From: Macrostomum lignano | Lineage: Eukaryota | Assembly: GCA_002269645.1 (NCBI GenBank) | Contig: NIVC01001195.1 | Coordinates: 1-64,000, forward strand | Direction of reading: 5' to 3' | Length of the DNA: 64,000 bases | Part shown: one piece after another, positions 47,441 through 58,390 of the stretch | Position numbering within the stretch: the first letter of the stretch is position 1 | Layout: every line of letters begins with the position of its first letter | Notes under the pieces: generated by a model | The model's input: the letters and a program-made list of their open reading frames with translations, nothing else | What the model was told of the DNA's origin: nothing | Database searches by the model: none | Made by a program: the position numbers and the translations under genes

Positions 47441-48735
47441 CGTTTGCGAATTGTTTTTCTTTTGCTTCATTATTTTCCCTGAACTGCTCTTTCTTTCGCT
47501 TTCCTCTTGCCTTTCTTGGTTCTTGTGTTTTTCTGTTTTTGGTTGACTCAATTTTGCGACTTACCCCTGGTCAGCCACAATTTACGGTGGCCGGATTGGC
47601 CAGGTCGGCCAGCAGTCGCGCATGTATGAATGCTAATATATTTTTACAATAGGCAAGTTTTATATGACTCCCTATCAAAGAATTTCTATATCTGCCTATC
47701 TTAAAGCCTCAGTACTCAATCTGACCATAACCCTTAATAGTGTTTTAATATAAGCCTAGATTTTCAACATGACTAAATGATACTACTTTTTAGCAATAAA
47801 TTAGCAAGATTTTAAACATTTTAAATTGATTTTGATAATAAAAGATTAAAAAACCTAATTGGTATACCTAGAATTATGTTGGGATTTAGGGTTTCTTATA
47901 AAATAAGTAAAGGCTTGTTACAACTGCAAATAGCAAATTTCATTAGTATATTTAGAAATTAGAAGTTGATTAGGCCTATAAAGCTTATAAGCAGGTAGAA
48001 ACACGAAGTTGTTATTCTCTCAGTTTTGGGGCTTTTATTTATACTGGCTGTGAAGTCAATTAAAAAAAACTTTTTGTAGAATATTATTTGGAAACACTAT
48101 AGTTGAACAAAAATTAAGGGTGGAAATTTGAATGCAATATTTTCTAAGAAAGAATAAGTTTTAATCATAAAAATATACGACAAAAGAATATTCTGTAAAA
48201 CAAGTACTCTATTACTATAAAAAACATTGCATTTGTATATTAATATCAATCAATCATATATACCAGTTTGTATATCAAAGCCATCTTAAAGCAAAGAAAA
48301 TTATATATAAACAATCTTTGATAATATGGTATAGATTGATTTAATAATAAGACAAATACAAAATATGCAAAATATTAGGAAAATTTGGATTGAATTGAAT
48401 CAACCAAATATTTGGTTTGAATCAGGATTAGAAAGTTGATAATCTAAATACCAAATAGTTGCTTTGGTATAAGAAAAAAATTGAAAAGAGTTAAATATTG
48501 ATGTTATATCTCATAAATAAAAGGAAATAATTAGAGAATTTTAAGACTAAGAAGTTTGTATTTGAAAAGTTGAGAATACTAGTATTAGAAAAAAGTAAAT
48601 TTACTTTATTATGCTCCTTTCATAATTATTCTAATTCTAAAGACAAATGACATTATCCTTTCTATATTTTTCAGTATAAAAAATTGGCTATTACAAATAT
48701 ACCTTAAAAAATAACAAAAAAGACAAGTAAATTAC

Positions 48736-49459
48736 CAATTGAAAGATTAGCTTTCTTTGTCAGACTGAACTGTGTAATATTAATAAAATTTTCTTCATTG
48801 GCAGGCCTATGAATCATAACATTCTTTGATAATATATTTCTTTGAATCTTTGCAGACAATGCAAAAGTGCCTTGTTGCACATCAGTGTCTAAAACTGAAG
48901 AATACACATGACTAGGCGATGTAACTGATAATTGTGACTGTGACTCAGGGCTTCTTTGATCTTCAAAACCAGGCTTGATAAGCACATCTGAATCAGAGAA
49001 CATAGAACTTCTTAAATATATTTTAGCCTCAGATATCCAGTTCAATGCTATATCAAAAAATGCAACTGAGAGCTGCTCAACTTCTTCCAATGCAATAAAA
49101 AATCCATCCCATATTGAGGCAAACGCATGTTTGATCCGTTGTTGTGCATATCTTGCATATGACTGTCTTCTGAGAATTCTTACATTTGAGTCTGAATCAC
49201 AGTGTAATTCTCCTGCACCCGGGTGTCTTTGGCATGACTTATCATGAATCACTCTAGACTTTGCTTTAAGATGATCAGTTTCGGTAAATCCTGGTATGCT
49301 TGCTGCAGAGAGTGCATGAATTTGCTGGCTGTCAACACTAAATTGGTTAACACTTTTTAAGAGCTGTGGCTTAATAACAAAGAAATATACATCCAAAACA
49401 ACTAAAAACAAAAGCGTATAAATCAAAGCGAATTTAATGAATCTTGTTGCGGAACTCAT
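48736..49459 (-). CDS. Exon encoding an N-terminal type II membrane anchor plus ~210 aa; candidate first exon of FICD
   Basis: ATG at 49459 and TM segment FALIYTLLFLVVLDVYFFVI. The donor att g|gtaatt is phase 1 and matches the phase-1 FICD acceptor at 41168. The exon is much more AT-rich than the other FICD exons. Confidence 0.45.
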
Positions 49460-49635
49460 TCTCCGACTAGTTTTCCTTTCTTCTGCCTCCGCAGCTTCTG
49501 GTTAAAGTATCCAGTTCAGTCAGTAGCTCAATTTTATTGTCGATTCGTGGAAATGTCAACTTACATTATGTTTAAAAATCAATTATAAAGTAATAAAAAT
49601 ATAAAACAAATTCCTACCAAATTAAACGAGAAAGC

Positions 49636-49972
49636 TGTAATAGTGCTCAATTTGCGTGCGCGTGCACTTCTAGTGTTTTCTCCGTATTTCTTTCTGCGTC
49701 ACCCCACCCCTGCGTATAGCCTTTTCTAGAAATTTCTTTTTGTTTCTGATTGGCTGAAAACGCGTGAATAACGAGCCCCAACCAATAGAGTGCTTAGTGC
49801 CTACCCTATCGGCGAAATCCGATTGGTTAGGATTTTCTAAGCTGCGTTTTTCACCCTGCCCTCCCCCATCGCGGTCAGTCTATTTAATCAAGCAAGCTGG
49901 AACGCAAATAAATCAAGTTTTTCTCTGACTAAAGAAGTCCCGGCAGTTAAAACTCAAGAATACGCGGCTACA
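49636..49972 (+). repeat. Gypsy-2 5' LTR
   Basis: tgtaatag...ggctaca. Confidence 0.96.
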
Positions 49973-49996
49973 TTGGCGACCACGCCAGTTTTCCAC

Positions 49997-51121
49997 ATGT
50001 GGAATAACGACGACTACCTGGAACTACGTGGACGTCTCGTCGGACGACGGCGCAACGCAGGCGACGAGGCAGCTTCCGTTTCTACAGAGTCTACGAACGC
50101 GTCCAACCCCTTCGTGTCGATGACCACAGTCAGCGAAGCCACAAATCCCTTCCTCGTTGCCAACGACCTTCAGAGGGCACACTCGGCGGAAGTCTCAACC
50201 AACCCGTTCCTTGAAGACATCGACCAAGCGTCAGGGCAGGCCTCAGCAATGCAGCAGTACGCCTATCCTCCAGCTCACGGATACGCAGCGCTGCCAGACT
50301 ACAATCCAGTACCGGCTCTTCCGCCAGTACCTAAGCCTGCACCGTACAACGGTCGGGAGGATTTCGACGACTTTCTCATCAGGATCAGCGCCTATATTAG
50401 CCGGTTCCCAGGCCTTCGAGACGCCGACAAGATCAACACCCTGACTGCGTTCCTCGGACCGGCTTTTGCAACGTACACCACCTGGCTGGCGATCCAGTGT
50501 GCCTACGTCGGACTGCCACCGGGGACAACCCTGGACCAGCTACCTGGTGTCCGCTATGAGGGCCTCGTTGAACACCTCCGGTCTCGTCACGGCGGGGCCA
50601 AGAGTGCAGCGTTACTTCGCCGCGAGTTCCGTGCTCGGCAGCGTCGACCAGAGGAGAGCTTCGAAACGTACCTGACGGAGCTTCAACGGCTAGCTGCAAG
50701 GGCATACCCGGACCCAAGAGCTCAGGCTTACGTCCAACAGACAGTTAGCGAGCAGTTCATGCATGGTCTCAATGACGGCTACGTCACCGAGCGACTACTG
50801 AATCAACCAACACCACCAAGCACTGTGGAGCAGGTTCTACGAATAGCCCAGCAGCTTCGAGAAACCCGGGCCTACATGGATGCTGGCCGTGGCGAAATCC
50901 AGCCCCAGCAACCGAGACCACCACAGAGCCAACTTTCAGCGCCACCGAAACCACTAATGCCTCAGCAGCCTGCCTCATCTGGCGGTCGAGGACAGCAACG
51001 ACAGCAATCACCGGCTAGTTCCAACTGTTTCGGCTGCGGTCAGCCGGGCCACATCCGACGCAATTGCCCAAACGCCGAGGGGGCTGGTTCACGAGGCCAG
51101 CACCGGCCCTCTCAGCACTAA
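49997..51121 (+). CDS. gag: Gypsy-2 Gag with CCHC knuckle
   Basis: ATG at 49997; RQRRPEESFETYLTELQRLA; CFGCGQPGHIRRNC. Confidence 0.92.
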   Translation: MWNNDDYLELRGRLVGRRRNAGDEAASVSTESTNASNPFVSMTTVSEATNPFLVANDLQRAHSAEVSTNPFLEDIDQASGQASAMQQYAYPPAHGYAALPDYNPVPALPPVPKPAPYNGREDFDDFLIRISAYISRFPGLRDADKINTLTAFLGPAFATYTTWLAIQCAYVGLPPGTTLDQLPGVRYEGLVEHLRSRHGGAKSAALLRREFRARQRRPEESFETYLTELQRLAARAYPDPRAQAYVQQTVSEQFMHGLNDGYVTERLLNQPTPPSTVEQVLRIAQQLRETRAYMDAGRGEIQPQQPRPPQSQLSAPPKPLMPQQPASSGGRGQQRQQSPASSNCFGCGQPGHIRRNCPNAEGAGSRGQHRPSQH

Positions 51122-54100
51122 CGCATTCGGCCTCAACACCACGCCTCAGCAGCTGCCAGCCTGGCCAGGTGCGCTTCGTCACAGCGCGCATCCTTAGACG
51201 ACGGCGCCACTGTCTGATCGACACCGGGGCAGAGGTGTCCTGCATCAGCGATGACATATGTAAGAAAGCTAGGCGGCGGCTGCAGCCCAGCAGCATCATC
51301 ATAAGAGGCGTGGATGGCAACCTACAGTCTGTGCTGGGCGAGACTACTTTGGCAGTGACTCTGGGAACCGTACAAGTCCATCATCGTTTCGTCGTACTCG
51401 AGAAGCTTCACCCGACGTCCGTCATCCTGGGCTGTGACTTCCTCAGTGAACACGACGTCTCGGTCCATCTCCAAGCCGGTTGCATCACTTTCAACAGCCT
51501 AGGCGTGTCGATTCCAGCTCGAAAAAGTAAAGAGGCAGCACAGACCTGCAAGCTCGTATCAGCGGCCTCCGTGCAGCTGCAGCCAGGGGAGCGCTGGATA
51601 ATCCCCGTTAAACCAGCAAAGTCGGCCTCGTGGACGCGATCGGAGTGTCCAGGAGTCGTCACCGGCACAAGATCACAGGGGCTCCTGGTGGGTCGTTGTG
51701 TTGCCAAGCTGGTCGAGAGAGGCATGGGCCTAGCAGTCATCAACGTCGACGACCACACGGTCAACATCAGCGACGGCGACATTGTTGGCATCTTTTCCCC
51801 GCTAGGAAGTCAGCCATTCGTTCAGCAATCGGGTGCCGCTGGCAGCACGGCGGCGACGGCCGCTGGCAGCACGGCGGCGACGGCCACTGGCAGCACGGCG
51901 GCGACGGCCACTGGCAGCACGGCGGCGACGGCCGCTGGCAGCACGGCGGCGACGGCCGCTGGCAGCACGGCGGCGACGGCCACTGGCAGCACGGCGGCGA
52001 CGGCCACTGGCAGCACGGCGGCGACGGCCGCTGGCAGCACGGCGGCGACGGCCGCTGGCAGCACGGCGGCGACGGCCGCTGGCAGCACGGCGGCGACGGC
52101 CGCTGGCAGCACGGCGGCGACGGTCGCGGTCAGCACGGCTACATCAACAACAGCTTTAGCGACGGACTTACCTCGCACCAACTGGCTGAACGACGTGCAC
52201 ATCGAAAGCTCTATCTCCGTCGAAGAGCAACAGTCGGTCAAGGATTTGCTGTTAGAGTTCAGCACCGTTTTTGCATCCCCTGGCAATGCTGGTCGAACTG
52301 CAGTCCTGCAGCATCGCATCGACACCGGCGGGGCAAGGCCGATCCGGCAGGGTTTGCGGCGTGCAGCGCGTCCAGTCATCGACAAGCAGGCCGAATTGAT
52401 CGACGACATGCTGACCAAAGGAGTAATCCGGCCGTCTTCATCGCCTTGGGCTTCGCCAATCGTGCTTGTTCGTAAGAAGGACGGGACAGCGCGCTTTTGC
52501 TTAGACTATCGACTGCTCAATGAGGTCACCAAGCCGGACGCTTTTCCAATTCCGAGGATCGACGACACACTCGATGCGCTGCAAGGCAACGCCTACTTCT
52601 CGGCACTCGATCTGGAGAGTGGCTACTGGCAGGTTGAGGTCGAGGAGCGCGACAAAGAGAAAACTGCTTTCATCTGCCATCAAGGCCTCTTCGAGTTCAA
52701 CGTCATGCCGTTTGGTCTGCGCAATGCCCCGGCAACCTTTCAACGCCTCATGCAGCTGGTGCTCCAAGGCCTGACCTGGCAAGCGTGCCTGGTCTTCATC
52801 GACGACGTTATTGTCATGGGCCGGACTATCGAGGAGCACAACTATCGGCTGCGGGCGGTGTTCGAGCGGCTGCGGGACGCGAACCTACGCTTGAAGCCAT
52901 CTAAATGCCATTTCGCCAACACCACGATGATCGTCTTGGGCCATCGAGTTTCCAAGTCGGGTATCACCGTCGACGAGTCAAAGACTGCTGCGATCCGAGA
53001 CTGGCCTACACCCCGAACTTCCAAGGAGGTCAAGAGCTTCCTAGGTCTCGCAGCCTACTATAGACGGTTCATTCGGGATTATTCAAAGATCGCCGAGCCG
53101 CTACGACGCCTGACGGTTCCGACAGAAAGGTTTCAGTGGACGTCCAAGGCCCAAGAAGCATTCGACCAACTGAAGGCAACACTGACCTCTGCTCCAATCC
53201 TCGCCTTCCCGGATACTAGTGCGACCAGCTCGGAGTTCATTCTGGACACTGACGCCAGCGACTGCGCCATTGGTGCGGTACTCTCTCAACTGCAGGCGGG
53301 CGAAGAACGAGTCATCGCGTACTCCAGCAGAGCACTAACAAAAGCCGAGCGCAACTACTGTGTAACGAGGCGGGAGCTGCTGTCCGTCGTTGAGCATGTC
53401 AGGAAGTTCCGGAATTACCTGCTGCCTCGGAAGTTCACCGTGCGGGTCGATCATCAGTCTCTAACGCACCTGCTGACATTCAAGGAGCCCGAAGGTCAAC
53501 TCGCGCGGTGGCTGCAGACGCTAGACGAGTTCGACTTCAGAGTACTCTATCGGCCGGGCCGTCAACACAACAACGCCGATGCGCTGTCCCGTCAGCAGCA
53601 GCGCTGTACCAACCAGTGTCGGGTGTGTCGACCAACAAATGAGACCACCAGCAGGACGACATCCTCGGTTGCCTGCCAGACCGACGCCAACAGTGATGCC
53701 GCCGCTGCCGCCCAGATCAACGCAGCGACCATCAAGCTAGTGTCGACGGCTACCGACGAAGCTGTTCAGACCGACAATGTGCATGTCTGCGTCGGCACCG
53801 TGCCATCAAGGCGCAAGCAAATCCATCAGCCCCGGTCGGACGACAGCGAAGAAAGCAGCAGCAGCGAGGACGACACCAACGAAGATGAATCCGCAGCGCC
53901 AGCGGCAGACAACAGGCCACCGACGCTACGTATGCTTCAGCTGCAGGATCCGGTTATCAGTCCGGTGTTCCGACTGCTGGCCGACGGCAAGACTAGGTTT
54001 ACCGACCGACAACGCGACCGAGTACCGCCGGAGAGCCTGGTGCTGGCGCAGAAGGTGCATGACTTGTGTTTCGTGAACGGTACACTGCACAGGCTGGTCA

Positions 54101-55275
54101 ACACAAAGCCAGTACCCGTCATTCCCCGCTGCCGACAACGCGAATTTGTCGACGAGATTCACAACGTCGGCCACCTGGGCGAAGTCAAGACGCTGGCCAG
54201 CCTAAAGACGCGTTGCTACTGGCCAAAAATGTCGGAGAGCGTCCGGTTGGCCGTTCGGTCATGCCAGGTTTGCCAGCGGGCAAAGACTCCGGTTATCAAG
54301 CGGGCGCCGCTACAGTCCATCACTGCAGGGTTTCCAATGCAGCGTGTCGGGTTCGACATTGTCAAGGTCGGCGCTTCCAGAAACGGCAACGATCGGATCC
54401 TGAGCATCGTCGACTACTTCAGCAAGTGGACGGAGCTGGTGCCGATTCCGGACGAGAAGGCGACGACAATTGCCAAGGCCCTCTTCAACAACTGGATCTC
54501 CAGGTGGGGTGCTCCGCATATTCTCCACTCCGACCGCGGCAAGAGCATCGATGGCCGCATCATTCGCAGTCTCTGTACACTATTGGAGGTCGACAAGACT
54601 CGAACGTCGGGCTATCATCCTCAATGTGACGGCCTCGTGGAGAGATTTCATCGGACACTCCATCAGATGTTGCGCTGCCACCTTCAAACTGTCGATCCGC
54701 TGGACTGGGAGGACGCCCTGCCGTACTGTCTCCTAGCCTATCGAAGCAGCATCAGCGCGACGACCGGATTTTCCCCACATTTCCTGATGACGGGCCGGGA
54801 GGTGGTTCTGCCATTGGACGTTGTCTATCGGTCCCCAGAGCCTCCATCCGTCGTCGGCCAGTACGCAGTAGAGACCATTCAACGACTGCAGGACGCCTTT
54901 GACGCTGTGCGGAGGTCAACTGGCGCGGCTCAACGACGGCAGAAGCGGTACTACGATCTGAAAGCCCAGAAGCGCAAGTTTCGCACCGGCGATCTAGTGT
55001 GGCTGTTCGTTCCGCCTGCTGTGCTGTCCAGGACCAACTGTCTGCCTCCGAAGCATCAATCACCGTGGACAGGCCCATTTAAAGTCATGCGCAAGACATC
55101 ACCTGTCAACTACTTGGTGCGGCCGATCAATTACACGGACGGGGAGATCAAGGGGCGCGTCGTGCATGTCAACAAGTTGAAGCGAGCGTGTCTGCAACGG
55201 ACCCAGTCTGCTCAGCGTGCTGATCAGGACGCCAGTAGTGACGATGAAGGGCAACTTGTTGACGCTGAGGACTGA
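51067..55275 (+). CDS. pol: Gypsy-2 Pol (PR-RT-RH-IN), entered by a -1 frameshift at C CCA AAC
   Basis: LIDTGAE, FIDD, ILDTDAS, HNVGH/CQVC, GFDIV, SDRG and ERFHRTL in one uninterrupted frame. Confidence 0.96.
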   Translation, partial: PKRRGGWFTRPAPALSALTHSASTPRLSSCQPGQVRFVTARILRRRRHCLIDTGAEVSCISDDICKKARRRLQPSSIIIRGVDGNLQSVLGETTLAVTLGTVQVHHRFVVLEKLHPTSVILGCDFLSEHDVSVHLQAGCITFNSLGVSIPARKSKEAAQTCKLVSAASVQLQPGERWIIPVKPAKSASWTRSECPGVVTGTRSQGLLVGRCVAKLVERGMGLAVINVDDHTVNISDGDIVGIFSPLGSQPFVQQSGAAGSTAATAAGSTAATATGSTAATATGSTAATAAGSTAATAAGSTAATATGSTAATATGSTAATAAGSTAATAAGSTAATAAGSTAATAAGSTAATVAVSTATSTTALATDLPRTNWLNDVHIESSISVEEQQSVKDLLLEFSTVFASPGNAGRTAVLQHRIDTGGARPIRQGLRRAARPVIDKQAELIDDMLTKGVIRPSSSPWASPIVLVRKKDGTARFCLDYRLLNEVTKPDAFPIPRIDDTLDALQGNAYFSALDLESGYWQVEVEERDKEKTAFICHQGLFEFNVMPFGLRNAPATFQRLMQLVLQGLTWQACLVFIDDVIVMGRTIEEHNYRLRAVFERLRDANLRLKPSKCHFANTTMIVLGHRVSKSGITVDESKTAAIRDWPTPRTSKEVKSFLGLAAYYRRFIRDYSKIAEPLRRLTVPTERFQWTSKAQEAFDQLKATLTSAPILAFPDTSATSSEFILDTDASDCAIGAVLSQLQAGEERVIAYSSRALTKAERNYCVTRRELLSVVEHVRKFRNYLLPRKFTVRVDHQSLTHLLTFKEPEGQLARWLQTLDEFDFRVLYRPGRQHNNADALSRQQQRCTNQCRVCRPTNETTSRTTSSVACQTDANSDAAAAAQINAATIKLVSTATDEAVQTDNVHVCVGTVPSRRKQIHQPRSDDSEESSSSEDDTNEDESAAPAADNRPPTLRMLQLQDPVISPVFRLLADGKTRFTDRQRDRVPPESLVLAQKVHDLCFVNGTLHRLVNTKPVPVIPRCRQREFVDEIHNVGHLGEVKTLASLKTRCYWPKMSESVRLAVRSCQVCQRAKTPVIKRAPLQSITAGFPMQRVGFDIVKVGASRNGNDRILSIVDYFSKWTELVPIPDEKATTIAKALFNNWISRWGAPHILHSDRGKSIDGRIIRSLCTLLEVDKTRTSGYHPQCDGLVERFHRTLHQMLRCHLQTVDPLDWEDALPYCLLAYRSSISATTGFSPHFLMTGREVVLPLDVVYRSPEPPSVVGQYAVETIQRLQDAFDAVRRSTGAAQRRQKRYYDLKAQKRKFRTGDLVWLFVPPAVLSRTNCLPPKHQSPWTGPFKVMRKTSPVNYLVRPINYTDGEIKGRVVHVNKLKRACLQRTQSAQRADQDASSDDEGQLVDAED
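51836..52135 (+). repeat. In-frame 24-nt minisatellite in pol, encoding (A[A/T]GSTAAT)x12
   Basis: Twelve units between the protease and RT. Confidence 0.95.
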
Positions 55276-55531
55276 CTAACGCACGTTGAGGACTGACTGA
55301 CTGGTTGTAGCCAGCAGTTTTGCTTTATAGGTCGTAGGTCTAGAACTTTTTAATAGCGTCTATCTATTAGCTTAGTAATCCTGATTTAGGTTTAATTGTT
55401 CGAAACCCGGTTATCTCGAATTGTTCTATTTGCTACAGCTGGTTCTGTTCTTCCCTATTGGAGTAGCTTTCATCTGTCGTTTCCACCCCTTGGGTTTAAT
55501 GAGGACATTAAACTGTTGAAAGGGGAGCTTT

Positions 55532-55868
55532 TGTAATAGTGCTCAATTTGCGTGCGCGTGCACTTCTAGTGTTTTCTCCGTATTTCTTTCTGCGTCACCC
55601 CACCCCTGCGTATAGCCTTTTCTAGAAATTTCTTTTTGTTTCTGATTGGCTGAAAACGCGTGAATAACGAGCCCCAACCAATAGAGTGCTTAGTGCCTAC
55701 CCTATCGGCGAAATCCGATTGGTTAGGATTTTCTAAGCTGCGTTTTTCACCCTGCCCTCCCCCATCGCGGTCAGTCTATTTAATCAAGCAAGCTGGAACG
55801 CAAATAAATCAAGTTTTTCTCTGACTAAAGAAGTCCCGGCAGTTAAAACTCAAGAATACGCGGCTACA
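55532..55868 (+). repeat. Gypsy-2 3' LTR
   Basis: Copy of 49636-49972. Confidence 0.96.
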
Positions 55869-56245
55869 AAGCAGAAATCAATAAACAATGATAAAATATT
55901 TAAAAAAACTAGTATAAAAAACGTTTAAAACATTTCACTAACTAAAAATAAAATAAATAAAATAAGTTTGATCTGGTTGTTAGCTAATTCATTTGTCTGG
56001 GATCAGTCTGCCCTGACCTGCTCTAGCTGGGCCTGATCGTGTACCGCTGCATAGATGACGTGACTAAATAAGTAGCTTGCGTATTTTGTCAGTTGGGTAT
56101 AGAATCAGTCCTGTTAGCTGAACACACGCCAGCTATTCCACCAGAACTACATGCAGTTGGTTTATACATATAAAGAATCTCATCCGATACTGTTCAATCC
56201 ATCGTTTAGCAACCGTTCACTATTATCTCCCACTGAGGCTCGCTG

Positions 56246-56670
56246 GAAGACGAGGAGTGGATAGGCCGACTAATTACTGCCACAACACTGGAGACAATGG
56301 CTCGTGTACGACAGACAAAAGAAGAGGACAGGGCGGATAAAGAGATTAAAGTGAAACCTTAATCCTGAAACCTTAGTGAGATTAAAGTGATTAAAGCAAA
56401 ACCTATCTATTCGCTGGAGATCGATCAAAAAGATTCGATCATGCACGATCACATTGGCCTGAGGAAGCTGACGAGTAGTTGGGCGCCCTAACTGCTGCAG
56501 CCTGCAGAAATAGGTCACTCGTGGGTGGACTGGTGTCGCCAGATTGATGCTGTAAAAGTGCATCAACCGGGTGCCAAAGGCCAGTCGTTGCTATCGTGAC
56601 GTGTGATGAGACTTGGATGCTTCTGCTATAAGCCCGAGCGCAAGTGCCAGTCTCAGCTAGATTTGGACTT
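56246..56670 (+). pseudogene. Old mariner transposase remnant
   Basis: GRLITATT...EEDR, IMHDHIGLRKLTSSWAP and IVTCDETW fragments in several frames. Confidence 0.75.
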
Positions 56671-57949
56671 CTTTCGTCTCTTGGGTCACGCAACGACTAT
56701 GCGGTTGCTAAAAACAACGTACAGTGACTACACAGCGGTCAGTGTGGTACACAGCTAGCTGTTAAGCTGCGTCTGCTTGCCTAGGTTTTTTTCGAAGCTT
56801 GAGCAGGACAGCGTCCAAAGTCCGATGTCTGAGGCCTGACAGTGTACCAGGAGAACGTGAGGCAACGGAAGCAGTTCTTGGACTTGTAGGCGCAGGGAAT
56901 GAAGTTGACCCATCACCCGTCTTAGTCACCTGACGTGGAACCGTGTGGACTTTTCTCTTAACTTCTTGAAAGCAAGATTCACTACTCAGGCCTGCAGTTT
57001 TTTGAACTGCAGAGGTGGCTGCTGTTGCATTTGATGAGGCGGTGGAGGGTATTCCGCTTCTCAGTGGCACCACTGCTTTTACTCCTGGTTTAAATGGATG
57101 AGGCGCTGTGTGCGTGCTGATGAAGGATATTTAAAAGTAGTGAATATTCAGCTTTACGTATACATGTACATCTACTTACGTTCAGGTGTGGCTAAAAACT
57201 TTCATAGAACCAGTCGCTCGTAATCCTGTTAACTACTGATAATGGATATAGTAAACACGTTCAAGGACTGATCAGGACTGATCATCAAGGACTTGAAAAT
57301 GTTTTTAACTCTACTGATGTCTAGTAAATACGATAAAGGATTTCCATAAGGTAAATGATGCTTCAAGCTTCATACAAGCGATATTATCAATCCTTGGCTA
57401 CATAAATTCGAAGCACTCATTTTAAAGTTTTGCTACTACGGGAGAAAACTACATGTCTGTCGGGAGGTAATGCTAGTAATATTTGAGTCTGTCAACCGAC
57501 AGCAAATGAACGTGCGACAATTGCACCCAAAGCTTCTCTGAAAGAATTGATCAAATGAATTTACATGTTTACAATAAATACTCTTCGTCGACAGACACAT
57601 GAACTTTGCGACATGATAGCTGTAGATTTCTGTTCCCGTCCTAAAAACCAGACACAAGAATAGTGTTGTAAGCGTACAAGCTATTGATAGATGGGTACAT
57701 GTATGCAGATACATGCATGATACAATTAAATTCGAATGTATTTTTTTTTAAATTTTATTTTAGTATCATTAAAGTCTGGTCTTGACTTATTTAGCTAGTC
57801 TATTTCATGTCAGTGCGTGTACATACTAACACATGTTGATCGCTAATTTTACGGTAAAATAAACAAATACAATTATTCACCAGTCATAAAATTTGCAGGG
57901 AAATTCAGTACAGAGCTTTGACAGGGTTAGTAATCAACATTTCCAAACA

Positions 57950-58390
57950 GTTTCTAGAGTGCTGTCTAATGTAGAGCGATAGTTGTACTAGAGTACTGTC
58001 TAATGTAGAGCGATAGTTGTACTAGAGTGCTGTCTAATGTAGAGCGATAGTTGTATAGAGTGCTGTCTAATGTAGAGCGATAGTTGTACTAGAGTACTGT
58101 CTAATGTAGAGCGATAGTTGTACTAGAGTGCTGTCTAATGTAGAGCGATAGTTGTACTAGAGTGCTGTCTAATGTAGAGCGATAGTTGTACTAGAGTGCT
58201 GTCTAATGTAGAGCGATAGTTGTACTAGAGTGCTGTCTAATGTAGAGCGATAGTTGTACTAGAGTGCTGTCTAATGTAGAGCGATAGTTGTACTAGAGTG
58301 CTGTCTAATGTAGAGCGATAGTTGTACTAGAGTGCTGTCTAATGTAGAGCGATAGTTGTACTAGAGTGCTGTCTAATGTAGAGCGATATC
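57950..58390. repeat. 34-nt minisatellite (agagtgctgtctaatgtagagcgatagttgtact), ~13 copies
   Basis: Head-to-tail units, no spacers. Confidence 0.96.

Larger units (their letters stand above)
44647..47628. mobile_element. Non-autonomous DNA transposon (P- or hAT-like) with 8-bp TSD
   Basis: TSD AATGCTAA at 44639-44646 and 47629-47636; perfect 11-bp TIR CATACATGCGC / GCGCATGTATG; no transposase ORF. Confidence 0.85.
49636..55868 (+). mobile_element. Full-length, apparently intact Ty3/Gypsy element (Gypsy-2)
   Basis: 337-bp LTRs with no differences seen, TSD AAGC (49632-49635, 55869-55872), PBS TGGCGACCACG at 49974, PPT gaaaggggag at ~55518, open gag and pol. Confidence 0.98.

Noticed and set aside
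56762-57073. 103-aa minus-strand ORF
   Set aside because: No motif, splice context or paralog to support it
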